Source: Sporichthyaceae bacterium (lineage in GTDB: Bacteria; Actinomycetota; Actinomycetes; JAKEEW01). Taken from it: a DNA stretch of 64,000 nucleotides. The notes beneath the pieces are model-generated. The model was not told the origin of the DNA. It ran no database searches and saw only the letters and a program-made list of their open reading frames with translations. The position numbers were made by a program, and so were the translations under genes. Numbering within the stretch: position 1 is the stretch's first letter; each line of letters opens with the position of its first letter. Of this stretch, positions 1-8,820 are shown piece by piece. Where the stretch lies: NCBI GenBank assembly GCA_022616375.1, contig JAKEEW010000721.1, positions 2,997-66,996 of the forward strand, given 5' to 3'.

Positions 1-2
1 GG

Positions 3-188
3 GGCCCGGCCTCGGTGGAGGTGTGCGCGCTGCTCCGCAAGCCGGACATGATCAGAGTGGACGTCCCGGTCCGGTACGTGGGCTTCGATATCCCGAACGA
101 GTTCGTGATCGGCTATGGGTTGGACTACGCCCAGAAGTACCGGAACCTGCCGTTCGTGGGGACGCTCGCGCCGCACCTCTATGCGTGA
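3..188 (+). CDS. hpt: hypoxanthine phosphoribosyltransferase, C-terminal fragment (5' end outside window)
   Basis: Frame-3 translation [61 protein letters not shown] looks like the conserved HPRT C-terminus. Stop TGA at 186-188. hpt directly upstream of ftsH is the usual actinobacterial order. Absent from the ORF track because no start lies in the window. Confidence 0.8.
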   Translation, partial: GPASVEVCALLRKPDMIRVDVPVRYVGFDIPNEFVIGYGLDYAQKYRNLPFVGTLAPHLYA

Positions 189-449
189 CAAATAACACAA
201 ATAGGGTGATCAACGTACTCTGGCGGCGAACACTGGCCAGTCCGGGCCCTCGATATGGAACGAGCCGGACTTTGCCGAGCGCTCGACATGGCGGACACTA
301 ACCATAGGCGTATCGACTCTGCGCCTGCGGTGCCGCGCGCGTGCGGTGTACCGTCGAAAACCCTGAGATGATCAGGGCGCATACGCTCCGCGACCCGCGG
401 GGCCGGACGCTGGCAGGAGGGTCGGGGCAGTCGGCCCCGCGAAACGAAC

Positions 450-2378
450 TTGAGGCGCTATCTCCGTGGCCCGGCGATGTGGATCGCGTTGGCCGTGCTC
501 GCCGTGCTCATCATCGGCTCGATGCTGGGTTCCAACGGCTTCAAGAAGGTCGACTCCGCACTCGCACTCGAGGCGATCGACAAGAACCAGGTGCAGCACG
601 CCAAGCTGGTCGGGGGCAATGATCAGCAGCTCGAGTTGACCCTCAAAGAGGGCGTCGAGATCAAGGAAAGCAACAAGATCCGGGCGGCGTACATCGAGGG
701 AGCTGGTCCGCGGCTGCAGCAGCTGCTCGAGCAGAAGAGCCGCGACGGCAGCATTCCGGACAAGTTCACCGTGGAGAACCGCAGCCAGAGCTTCCTGGTC
801 GGCCTCCTGCTGACCCTGCTGCCGTTCGTCCTGATCGTGGTTTTCCTGCTGTTCCTGATGAACCAGATGCAGGGTGGCGGCTCACGGGTGATGAACTTCG
901 GCCGGTCCAAGGCCAAGCTCGTCTCCAAGGACACCCCGAAGACCACGTTCGCCGACGTGGCCGGTGCGGACGAGGCGGTCGAGGAGCTTCAGGAGATCAA
1001 GGAGTTCCTGGAGAACCCGGCCAAGTTCCAGGCCATCGGCGCCAAGATCCCCAAGGGCGTGCTGCTCTACGGGCCGCCCGGCACCGGTAAGACCCTGCTG
1101 GCCCGTGCGGTGGCCGGCGAGGCCGGGGTCCCGTTCTACTCGATCTCGGGTTCGGACTTCGTCGAGATGTTCGTCGGTGTCGGTGCCTCCCGGGTGCGCG
1201 ACCTGTTCGAGCAGGCCAAGGCCAACGCGCCGGCGATCGTGTTCGTCGATGAGATCGACGCGGTTGGCCGGCACCGCGGTGCCGGGCTCGGCGGTGGCCA
1301 CGACGAGCGCGAGCAGACCCTCAACCAGCTGCTGGTCGAGATGGACGGCTTCGACGTCAAGGGCGGCGTGATCCTGATCGCCGCGACCAACCGGCCGGAC
1401 ATCCTCGACCCGGCGCTGCTGCGGCCGGGCCGGTTCGACCGGCAGATCGCGGTCGAGCGGCCCGACCTCAGAGGCCGGCACGAGATTCTCGAGGTGCACG
1501 CCAGGGGCAAGCCGCTGGCCCAGGACGTAGACCTGCTGGCGGTGGCCCGACGAACCCCCGGCTTCACCGGCGCCGATCTGGCCAACGTGCTCAACGAGGG
1601 CGCGCTGCTGACCGCCCGGCTGGACAAGCAGCTGGTGGACAACAACGCGCTGGACGAGGCGATCGACCGGGTCGTGGCCGGCCCGCAGAAGCGCACTCGG
1701 CTGATGAACGACAAGGAAAAGAAGATCACCGCGTACCACGAGGCCGGGCACGCCCTGGTTGCGTACGCGCTGCCGAACACCGATCCTGTTCACAAGATCA
1801 CGATCTTGCCGCGCGGTCGGGCGCTCGGCTACACGATGGTGTTGCCGGACGAGGACAAGTACTCGACCACCCGCAACGAGATGCTCGACCAGCTCGCCTA
1901 CGCGCTGGGTGGCCGGGCCGCCGAGGAGCTGGTCTTCCACGACCCGACCACCGGCGCGGCCAACGACATCGAAAAGGCGACTGCGCTGGCCCGGTCGATG
2001 GTCACCCAGTACGGCATGACCGAGCGGCTGGGCGCGATCCGGTTCGGCCAGCAGAACGGCGAGGTCTTCCTCGGTCGCGACATGGGCCACATCCGGGACT
2101 ACTCCGAAGAGGTCGCCGCGATCGTCGACGAGGAAGTCAAGAAGCTGATCGAGACCGCGCACGACGAGGCGTGGGAGGTGCTCGTGGAGAACCGCGACGC
2201 CCTCGACCAGATGGTGCTCGAGCTGCTGGAGAAGGAGACCCTGGACAAGGAGGAGATCAACCGGATCTTCGGTCCGGTGATCCCGCGGCCACAGCGTCCG
2301 GCCTGGACCGGATCGGTCCGGCGGCGGCCGTCCGACCGCCCTCCGGTGATGTTCCCCGGCGAGGTCACGGCAGACTGA
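450..2378 (+). CDS. ftsH: ATP-dependent zinc metalloprotease FtsH
   Basis: 642-aa ORF with N-terminal TM helices, Walker A GPPGTGKT, Walker [10 protein letters not shown] and zinc motif HEAGH. TTG start at 450; ATG 477 is an alternative. Confidence 0.95.
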   Translation: MRRYLRGPAMWIALAVLAVLIIGSMLGSNGFKKVDSALALEAIDKNQVQHAKLVGGNDQQLELTLKEGVEIKESNKIRAAYIEGAGPRLQQLLEQKSRDGSIPDKFTVENRSQSFLVGLLLTLLPFVLIVVFLLFLMNQMQGGGSRVMNFGRSKAKLVSKDTPKTTFADVAGADEAVEELQEIKEFLENPAKFQAIGAKIPKGVLLYGPPGTGKTLLARAVAGEAGVPFYSISGSDFVEMFVGVGASRVRDLFEQAKANAPAIVFVDEIDAVGRHRGAGLGGGHDEREQTLNQLLVEMDGFDVKGGVILIAATNRPDILDPALLRPGRFDRQIAVERPDLRGRHEILEVHARGKPLAQDVDLLAVARRTPGFTGADLANVLNEGALLTARLDKQLVDNNALDEAIDRVVAGPQKRTRLMNDKEKKITAYHEAGHALVAYALPNTDPVHKITILPRGRALGYTMVLPDEDKYSTTRNEMLDQLAYALGGRAAEELVFHDPTTGAANDIEKATALARSMVTQYGMTERLGAIRFGQQNGEVFLGRDMGHIRDYSEEVAAIVDEEVKKLIETAHDEAWEVLVENRDALDQMVLELLEKETLDKEEINRIFGPVIPRPQRPAWTGSVRRRPSDRPPVMFPGEVTAD

Positions 2379-2392
2379 GCCCTAGGGTGTAT

Positions 2393-2423
2393 CGGTGCCG
2401 CGTAAGCGTTGAGCGCGGCACCG
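2393..2423 (+). terminator. candidate stem-loop after ftsH
   Basis: Perfect 10-bp stem CGGTGCCGCG/CGCGGCACCG with an 11-nt loop, 15 nt after the ftsH stop. No U-tract, so this is only a candidate. Confidence 0.3.
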
Positions 2424-2457
2424 GGGAGCGTCGCTCCCGAGAGGTCTAGGAGCCGCC

Positions 2458-3075
2458 GTGGTCGACCCGGTGATCTTCCCACCGTCGGAGACGGGTGCTG
2501 CCCGCCAGCCGTTCGACGCCGCCCGCGCCGAGGCCGCCGTCAAGGAGCTGCTGCTCGCCATCGGTGAGGACCCGGACCGCGATGGGCTGCGGGAGACCCC
2601 GCGCCGGGTCGCCCGGGCCTACCAGGAGATGTTCGCCGGACTCTGGCAGCGCCCGGAGGACGTCCTCACCACCACGTTCGACCTCGGGCACGACGAGCTG
2701 GTGCTGGTCAAGGACATCGAGCTGTTCAGCTGCTGCGAGCACCACCTGACCCCATTCCACGGGGTGGCCCACGTGGGCTACATCCCGTCCGAGGACGGCC
2801 GGATCACCGGGCTGTCCAAGCTGGCCAGACTGGTCGACGTCTACGCGCGTCGGCCGCAGGTGCAGGAACGGCTCACCGTCCAGATCGCCGATGCGCTGGT
2901 GAAGATCCTGCAGCCGCGCGGCGTGATCGTCGTCGTCGAGGCCGAGCACCTGTGTATGTCGATGCGCGGGATCCGCAAGCCCGGCGCGAAGACGGTGACC
3001 TCCGCGGTGCGCGGGATGCTGCACCGACCGGCGACCAGGGCCGAGGCGATGAGCCTGATCCTCGGCGGCACCTGA
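2458..3075 (+). CDS. folE: GTP cyclohydrolase I
   Basis: 205-aa ORF with the [13 protein letters not shown] block typical of GTP cyclohydrolase I. GTG start. First gene of the fol cluster. Confidence 0.95.
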   Translation: MVDPVIFPPSETGAARQPFDAARAEAAVKELLLAIGEDPDRDGLRETPRRVARAYQEMFAGLWQRPEDVLTTTFDLGHDELVLVKDIELFSCCEHHLTPFHGVAHVGYIPSEDGRITGLSKLARLVDVYARRPQVQERLTVQIADALVKILQPRGVIVVVEAEHLCMSMRGIRKPGAKTVTSAVRGMLHRPATRAEAMSLILGGT

Positions 3076-3137
3076 GCGGCCGATCGGGAGCGCGACCGGC
3101 GATCGAGCGCCCGTGATCACGGCGATACAGTGCACGC

Positions 3138-4079
3138 ATGTCGCATCCGGCGACCGACCTCCCGCATCCCGACCGCTGCGTGATCATGGGCGTGATCAAC
3201 GTGACGCCCGACTCGTTCTCCGACGGCGGCCGGTATGCCGACTCGGCCACGGCCATCCAGCGCGGCTTCGAGCTGGCCAAGGGCGGTGCCGACATCGTCG
3301 ACATCGGCGGTGAGTCGAGCCGGCCCGGTGCGGATCGGATCGACCCGGCCGAGGAGATCGGTCGGGTGCTGCCGGTGGTGCGCGAGCTGGCCGCCGCCGG
3401 CGTCTACGTCAGCATCGACACCATGCGGGCCGAGGTGGCCGCGGCCGCCCTGGACGCCGGCGCGCGCATGGTCAACGACGTGAGCGGCGGGCTGGCCGAC
3501 CCGGGCATGATCCCGCTGCTGGCCGGGTCCGGCGTGCCCTACGTGATCATGCATTGGCGCGGCCACTCGGCCACCATGCAGGACAAGGCCACCTACCAGG
3601 ATGTGGTCGCCGAGGTGTGTGACGAGCTCAGGCAGCGGTACGAGACTGCGGCCGAGGGTGGCATCGCGCCGGAGTCGATCATCTTGGATCCGGGCCTGGG
3701 CTTCGCCAAGCTGCCCGCGCATAACTGGACCTTGCTGGCCAACCTCGACCGGATCCTGAGCCTGGGCCGCCCGGTGCTGATCGGTGCGTCCCGCAAGCGG
3801 TTCCTCGGTGAGATCACCGGGTCCACCGACGGTGGGCCGCGCCCGGCGCAGGAGCGCGAGGATGCCACGGTTGCGGTGTCCGCGATCGCCGCTCTGGGGG
3901 GCGCCTGGGGCGTCCGGGTGCACGAGGTCGCCGGCAGTCTGGATGCGGTCAAGGTCGCGGCTGCGGTGCGAGCAGCGGACCCGGCCCGAGCAGCGGCCGC
4001 GGTCCGAGCGGCGGCTGCGGTCCGAGCGGCGGCTGCGGTCCGAGCGGCGGCTGCGGTCCGAGCGGCGGCCGGCGGATGA
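3138..4079 (+). CDS. folP: dihydropteroate synthase
   Basis: 313-aa ORF with the pterin-binding signature VMGVINVTPDSFSDGG and DIVDIGGESSRPG. The C-terminus is an (AAAVRA)n repeat. Confidence 0.93.
   Translation: MSHPATDLPHPDRCVIMGVINVTPDSFSDGGRYADSATAIQRGFELAKGGADIVDIGGESSRPGADRIDPAEEIGRVLPVVRELAAAGVYVSIDTMRAEVAAAALDAGARMVNDVSGGLADPGMIPLLAGSGVPYVIMHWRGHSATMQDKATYQDVVAEVCDELRQRYETAAEGGIAPESIILDPGLGFAKLPAHNWTLLANLDRILSLGRPVLIGASRKRFLGEITGSTDGGPRPAQEREDATVAVSAIAALGGAWGVRVHEVAGSLDAVKVAAAVRAADPARAAAAVRAAAAVRAAAAVRAAAAVRAAAGG
3957..4070 (+). repeat. 18-bp tandem repeat, about six units, coding for the folP C-terminal tail
   Basis: Unit GCGGCTGCGGTCCGAGCG. Three identical copies at 4011-4064, a near-identical copy (one mismatch) at 3993-4010, and two degenerate copies at 3957-3992. 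Translates as AAAVRA ADPARA AAAVRA x4. Confidence 0.85.
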
Positions 4080-4525
4080 CCGAAACCGATGACGTCGCCG
4101 TGCTCGAAGCGGCCAACGGCGAGCTCTACGCCGCGATCGAGGCCGCCGACCTGGACCGGATGGGCCGGGTCTGGCTGGACGAGCCGCACGCCCAGGACGT
4201 GATCTGCGTGCATCCGGGCTGGCCGCCGATCCAGGGGCGTGACCAGGTGCTGCGGTCCTGGGCCGCGATCATGGCCAACACGTCCTACATCCAGTTCTTC
4301 CTCACCGACGTGGAGATCTCGGTGGCCGGCGAGGTAGCCGTGGTGACCTGTGCGGAGAACATCCTGACCGCCGTGGGCGACGCCGAGGCCGACTCCTCGG
4401 CACTGTCCGGCGGACACGTGGTCGCCACAAACGTGTTCCGCCGCACCCCGGGTGGCTGGCGGCTGTGGGTGCACCACGCGTCTGGGGTACTCGCCTCGAC
4501 TGACGGCCCGACCGAGGACGACTAG
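4076..4525 (+). CDS. NTF2-fold (SnoaL/DUF4440-like) protein
   Basis: 149-aa ORF whose ATG overlaps the folP stop (ATGA). Size and sequence pattern resemble NTF2-like proteins found inside actinobacterial fol clusters. Family call is from memory. Confidence 0.6.
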   Translation: MTETDDVAVLEAANGELYAAIEAADLDRMGRVWLDEPHAQDVICVHPGWPPIQGRDQVLRSWAAIMANTSYIQFFLTDVEISVAGEVAVVTCAENILTAVGDAEADSSALSGGHVVATNVFRRTPGGWRLWVHHASGVLASTDGPTEDD

Positions 4526-4685
4526 GGAGTGTCTGATGGATCTTCAGCGGCGCGGATCGGTGCCCGGACGACGCCCGGCGGCGAAGTCGAGAGTCGCCAT
4601 AGCGCCGCGATCGGCTCCTCCTCCGCCAGGCCGGATCGCCACCCGGATCACCGCCCGCATCCGCCAAGATCCATCAGGCACTCCC
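4523..4685 (+). repeat. intercistronic hairpin repeat, copy A
   Basis: Begins on the TAG stop of the preceding gene. Terminal inverted repeat GGGAGTGTCTGATGGATCTT (4525-4544) / AAGATCCATCAGGCACTCCC (4666-4685) is 19/20 complementary. Internal blocks 4593-4627 and 4651-4671 are colinear with and ~83-90% identical to 36127-36162 and 36184-36204. Confidence 0.6.
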
Positions 4686-4710
4686 TGGCCCGCAGGTACG
4701 CTCGGGACCA

Positions 4711-5073
4711 ATGGGTGATCGCATCGCGCTACACGGGTTGTCCGGGCGTGGTCGGCACGGCGTCTACGACCATGAACGGGTCGATGGCCAGGAGTTCATA
4801 GTCGATCTTGTGCTGTCGCTGGACACCCGGGCCGCGGCCGCCTCCGACGATCTATCCGCCACCGTCGACTACGGTGCCCTGGCCGCGGGCGTCGTCGCGG
4901 TCATCGAGGGCGAACCGGTCAACCTGATCGAGACTCTCGCCCAGCGCATCGCCGAGCGATGCCTCGCCGAACCGGCGGTCGACACAGTCGAAGTGACCGT
5001 GCACAAACCGCAGGCTCCGATTGCCGTGCCCTTCGACGACGTGAGCGTCACGATTACCCGGAGCCGCGCATGA
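4711..5073 (+). CDS. folB: dihydroneopterin aldolase
   Basis: 120-aa ORF with GRHGVYDHERVDGQEFIVDL, typical of FolB. Lies between folP and folK. Confidence 0.9.
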   Translation: MGDRIALHGLSGRGRHGVYDHERVDGQEFIVDLVLSLDTRAAAASDDLSATVDYGALAAGVVAVIEGEPVNLIETLAQRIAERCLAEPAVDTVEVTVHKPQAPIAVPFDDVSVTITRSRA

Positions 5074-5597
5074 CCAGCGCAACGGCGAGTCACGGGGCCC
5101 GAGCGGTGCTCGGGCTCGGCAGCAATCTCGGCGATCGGCTGGAGCTGTTGCAGGGCGCGGTTGACGCGCTGGTCGACGCGCCGGGCATCGACGTGGTGGC
5201 GATCTCCCCGGTATACGAGACCGAACCGGTCGGTGGGCCGGCCGACCAACCGCCGTACCTGAACGCGGTGCTGGTGGTCACGACGTCGATGTCGGCGCTC
5301 ACGTTGCTGGAGCGCTGCCTGGCGGTAGAGGACGCGTTCGAGCGGGTCCGGGACGTCCGCTGGGGCCCGCGCACTCTCGACATCGACGTGATCACGTATG
5401 CCGAGGTGGTGAACCCGTCGGCCGAGCTCACGCTGCCGCATCCACGGGCCGGAGAGCGCGCGTTCGTGCTCGCCCCGTGGCACGACATCGAACCGGACGC
5501 TCAGCTGCCCGGTCAGGGCCCGATCGCCGAGTTGCTGGCCAAGCTGGACACCGCCGGGATCCGGCGGATCGACGAAACCCTGATCGCACCGTGGTAA
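5070..5597 (+). CDS. folK: 2-amino-4-hydroxy-6-hydroxymethyldihydropteridine diphosphokinase
   Basis: ATG 5070 overlaps the folB stop (ATGA). Contains AVLGLGSNLGDR and RWGPRTLDIDV, characteristic of HPPK. The longer tracked ORF from 4959 overlaps folB and is not needed. Confidence 0.9.
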   Translation: MTSATASHGARAVLGLGSNLGDRLELLQGAVDALVDAPGIDVVAISPVYETEPVGGPADQPPYLNAVLVVTTSMSALTLLERCLAVEDAFERVRDVRWGPRTLDIDVITYAEVVNPSAELTLPHPRAGERAFVLAPWHDIEPDAQLPGQGPIAELLAKLDTAGIRRIDETLIAPW

Positions 5598-5658
5598 GCC
5601 CGGCGGCGCGTGCGGCTTCGCCGCGCATCAGACCGATCAGCCGCGTAGAGTCGCCGTC

Positions 5659-6168
5659 GTGAAGCCGACCCGAATAGGCGTGCTGCTGGCCGTGGCCGCG
5701 GCGAGCACCGCGGTCGGGTGGGCGGCCGTGCGGATGTGGGAGAGCCGGGAGGGGACCGCGCTCACCGTGCCCTGGTCGGCGCCCGGCGCCTTGGCGTTCC
5801 TCGCCGTCGTGCTATTCGGCACCGCCCTCACGTTGCGGTCCCGGCTGGCAGCGATCCGCTCCGGCCAGCCGGCCGCGCGCCGGGTCGATCCGATCTTCAC
5901 CGCTCGCGCTGCCGCGCTGGCCAAGGCGAGCTCACTGGTGGGTGCCCTGGTGACCGGGCTTTACCTCGGGCTCGGCGTGGTGCTGCTGTCCGACTACGAC
6001 GATGCCGCGCCGGAACGCCGCCGGCTGATCGCTTGCGGCCTGACCGTCGCCGCCGCACTGCTGTTGGTGGCGGCCGCGCTGTTCCTCGAGCGGGTGCTGC
6101 GGGTGCCACCGGAGGAACTCGAAGATGCCGAGGCACCCGAGGCCGGCGAGATCGACGCCACGCACTGA
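5659..6168 (+). CDS. DUF3180-like integral membrane protein
   Basis: 169-aa ORF with four predicted hydrophobic helices. Its position right after folK matches the conserved DUF3180 gene of Actinobacteria (from memory). Confidence 0.55.
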   Translation: MKPTRIGVLLAVAAASTAVGWAAVRMWESREGTALTVPWSAPGALAFLAVVLFGTALTLRSRLAAIRSGQPAARRVDPIFTARAAALAKASSLVGALVTGLYLGLGVVLLSDYDDAAPERRRLIACGLTVAAALLLVAAALFLERVLRVPPEELEDAEAPEAGEIDATH

Positions 6169-6192
6169 ACCGCGGTGCGCGCCGCGTGGGGC

Positions 6193-7353
6193 TTACTTGT
6201 CGATGTCCCCGACCACGAAGAACATCGACCCGAGGATCGCGATCATGTCGGCGACCAGGTTGCCGGGCAGCACCCGGCTGAGCACCTGGATGTTGTTGTA
6301 GGACGCCGAGCGCAGCTTGAGCCGCCACGGCGTCTTCTCCCCGCGCGAGACCAGGTAGTAGCCGTTGATGCCGAGCGGGTTCTCGGTCCAGGCGTAGGTG
6401 GTCCCTTCCGGCACCTTGAGCACCTTCGGCAACCGCACGTTGATCGGGCCAGGTGGGAGCTCGGCGAGCCGGTCCAGGCATGCGTGCGCGAGCACCAGCG
6501 AGACCCTGACCTGCTCGAACAGGCACTCGAACCGGGCCAGGCAGTCGCCGTCCTTGCGCAGCACCACCCGACCCGGCCCGTCCGGGCCGAACAGCTCGGG
6601 GTAGGCCAGATACGGGTCGTCCCGGCGTAGGTCGAAGTCCACCCCGCTGGCTCGCGCGATCGGTCCGGATACCCCGTACTCGGAGATCAGTGGTGCCAAG
6701 AGCACGCCGACACCGGAGGTTCGAACTCGGAAGATCTCGTTGCCGAGGATCAGCTGCTCGATGTCGTCAACGCCACGGTCCACTGCTTGCACCGCGGCCC
6801 TGGCCCGCTCGGTCCACCCGGCCGGAAGCTCCTCCTTGAGCCCGCCGATCCGGTTGAACATGTAGTGCATCCGGCCGCCGGACACTTCCTCCATGACGGC
6901 TTGCAGCACCTCACGTTCGCGGAACGAGTAGAAGATCGGAGTGATCGCGCCGATCTCGAGCGGATACGAGCCGAGGAACATCAGGTGGTTGAGCACCCGG
7001 TTCATCTCGGCGAGCAGGGTCCGGGCCCAGACCGCCCGCTCAGGCACCTCCATGCCGAGCATCCGCTCGGCCGCGATCACCACACCGAGCTCGTTGGCGA
7101 ACGCCGACAGCCAGTCGTGCCGGTTGGCCAGCACAAGGATCTGGCGGTAGTCCCTGACCTCGAACAGCTTCTCGGCGCCCCGGTGCATGTAGCCGACGAT
7201 CGGCTCGGCGGACAGGATCCGTTCCCCGTCCAGAGTCAGCCGCAACCGAAGCACACCGTGGGTGGACGGGTGCTGCGGGCCGATGTTGAGCACCATGTCC
7301 TCGGTAGCGAGCTCACGTGCTCCGATGCCGACGCCGATCGCTCTTTCGGTCAT
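6193..7353 (-). CDS. nuoD: NADH-quinone oxidoreductase subunit D homologue, stand-alone
   Basis: 386-aa ORF with [28 protein letters not shown] and the C-terminal FFVVGDIDK, typical of NuoD/49-kDa subunits. No other nuo genes lie nearby. Confidence 0.85.
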   Translation of the reverse strand: MTERAIGVGIGARELATEDMVLNIGPQHPSTHGVLRLRLTLDGERILSAEPIVGYMHRGAEKLFEVRDYRQILVLANRHDWLSAFANELGVVIAAERMLGMEVPERAVWARTLLAEMNRVLNHLMFLGSYPLEIGAITPIFYSFREREVLQAVMEEVSGGRMHYMFNRIGGLKEELPAGWTERARAAVQAVDRGVDDIEQLILGNEIFRVRTSGVGVLLAPLISEYGVSGPIARASGVDFDLRRDDPYLAYPELFGPDGPGRVVLRKDGDCLARFECLFEQVRVSLVLAHACLDRLAELPPGPINVRLPKVLKVPEGTTYAWTENPLGINGYYLVSRGEKTPWRLKLRSASYNNIQVLSRVLPGNLVADMIAILGSMFFVVGDIDK

Positions 7354-7410
7354 GTGCGCGAGTCTGCCAGGATCAGCCGGCGAAGTGGGCTACCGAGGGG
7401 GTGCCGGACG

Positions 7411-8313
7411 ATGGGCCAGGACGACGAGGCGCCGCAACCGGCTGCGCAGCCGGCGCCTCGGCCGGTGCCCAAGCCGGTGCCGCGGCCCGTGCCGCTACCA
7501 CCGGTGAGTCGGTCCGAGCCGGCGCCACCGGACCCTGAACCCGATCCTGAGCCGGCGCCCGAACCTGAGCCGGTGCCCGAACCTGAGCCGGCGCCCGAGC
7601 CTGAGCCGGCGCTCGAGCCCGCGCTCGCGCCGCCACCGGCGCCGCCATCTGCGCCGGCACCACCCGAGCCCGAACCTGAGCCGGAGCCCCCGGCGGCACC
7701 GGTCGCCGAACCCGAACCGTACCTACCGCCGGCGCCCGAGCCACCCGCGATCAAACCGAGCCGCGGCTGGTTTCTGGCCCCTGCGGTGCTGGCCGCGGTC
7801 GTACTGGCCGCGATGGCCGCGGTGCTCGCCGCGAACTGGACCCAGCTGACCGCCACCGGCGACACGTCCTGGGTCGGTCCACTGGGTCAGGGTGTGCCGG
7901 TGACGGCGCGGGCCGGCGAGCGCTACCTGATCTACGGCTACGACACCGTGCACCTGCCGACCAACTGCACCGTCCGCGGTGCGCCGGGTCTCGCCGAGGT
8001 GCGGATCGACACCGAGCGGCGCCGGTTCGAGCGCGCGACGGTGCAGGACAGCGACGACGAGACGCTGCGCTGGCTGGGCGGGTTCAGCGCGCCGTTCACC
8101 GGGCCGGCCGTGTTGACCTGCGCGCAGGTCGAGGCCGAGGCTTGGGTGTCCGCGGATCGGTCGGTCTTGCTCCGGGTGGGCCTGGCCGGGCTGGCTACGT
8201 TCGGCGCGCTTGCGGTGGCGACCGGACTGGCCGTGCTGATCGGAGTACTGCGGACCAGAGACCGGCGCCGCCAGCTCGTCGGCGCCGCGCTACCGCCGAT
8301 CGTGCCCAGCTAG
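7411..8313 (+). CDS. Pro/Glu/Ala-rich membrane protein, unknown function
   Basis: ATG 7411 lies within the 6787..8313 ORF; the upstream part is antisense to nuoD. It has a long (A/V)PEPEP low-complexity region, a TM helix (WFLAPAVLAAVVLAAMAAVLAA), a ~120-aa domain and a C-terminal TM helix. Confidence 0.5.
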   Translation: MGQDDEAPQPAAQPAPRPVPKPVPRPVPLPPVSRSEPAPPDPEPDPEPAPEPEPVPEPEPAPEPEPALEPALAPPPAPPSAPAPPEPEPEPEPPAAPVAEPEPYLPPAPEPPAIKPSRGWFLAPAVLAAVVLAAMAAVLAANWTQLTATGDTSWVGPLGQGVPVTARAGERYLIYGYDTVHLPTNCTVRGAPGLAEVRIDTERRRFERATVQDSDDETLRWLGGFSAPFTGPAVLTCAQVEAEAWVSADRSVLLRVGLAGLATFGALAVATGLAVLIGVLRTRDRRRQLVGAALPPIVPS

Positions 8314-8322
8314 GCTGACTGG

Positions 8323-8820
8323 ATGGCCGGTATCGAGGTGGCATTCGCGCCGCCAGACCAGCATTGGGTCCCGGTCTCCAGTCGACTGCGCACGGTCCGG
8401 CGGATCAGCCTGTTGCTCTGGGTGGTGCCGCTGTTCCTGATCGTTCTGGCGATCCTGATGTCGCTCGTCTCGACCGCGATCGTCCTTGCGGTCGCTGCCG
8501 TCGCGGTGGCGATCGTGGTGTTCGGGTGGACCGCGGTAGGGCGGAACTGGCGAGCCTGGGGATACGCCGAGCGCGCCGAGGACCTGCTCGTGGTGCGCGG
8601 AGTGCTGGTTCGCCGGCTGGTTGTGGTGCCGTACGGCCGGATGCAGTTCGTGGACGTGACCGCAGGTCCGCTGGAGCGCCGGTTCGGGATCGCCACCGTG
8701 CAGCTACACACCGCGGCCGCAGCCACCGACGCGAGCATCCCCGGGCTGGTGCCGGACGAGGCGGCCCGGTTGCGCGACCGGCTGGCCGCGCTGGGTGAAG
8801 CGAGATCGGCAGGCCTGTGA
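8323..8820 (+). CDS. PH-domain (bPH_2, YdbS-like) membrane protein
   Basis: 165-aa ORF with two N-terminal TM helices, then LLVVRGVLVRRLVVVPYGRMQFVDVTAGPLERRFGIATVQLHTA, typical of bacterial PH (bPH_2) domains. Confidence 0.7.
   Translation: MAGIEVAFAPPDQHWVPVSSRLRTVRRISLLLWVVPLFLIVLAILMSLVSTAIVLAVAAVAVAIVVFGWTAVGRNWRAWGYAERAEDLLVVRGVLVRRLVVVPYGRMQFVDVTAGPLERRFGIATVQLHTAAAATDASIPGLVPDEAARLRDRLAALGEARSAGL

Noticed and set aside
882-2162. 426-aa ORF on the minus strand opposite ftsH
   Set aside because: It is fully antisense to a strongly supported gene, and its Arg/Gly/Pro/His-rich composition is typical of GC-driven shadow ORFs.
4523-4685. Calling the hairpin repeats mobile elements (MITEs)
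   Set aside because: The window holds no transposase or integrase, I could not identify target-site duplications, and only two and a half copies are visible. They are reported as repeats of unknown nature.
6715-6735. GGTTCGAAC, resembling a tRNA T-loop
   Set aside because: It lies inside the nuoD coding sequence with no acceptor or anticodon arms around it. I recognised no tRNA in the window.
6787-7410. Upstream part of the 508-aa ORF 6787..8313
   Set aside because: It is antisense to nuoD. The plausible protein begins at ATG 7411, just beyond the nuoD start.
7500-7700. Tandem short repeats (also 3957-4070 and 14330-14430) as possible CRISPR arrays
   Set aside because: The repeats are contiguous with no unique spacers. 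They lie in frame inside coding sequences and encode low-complexity peptides.
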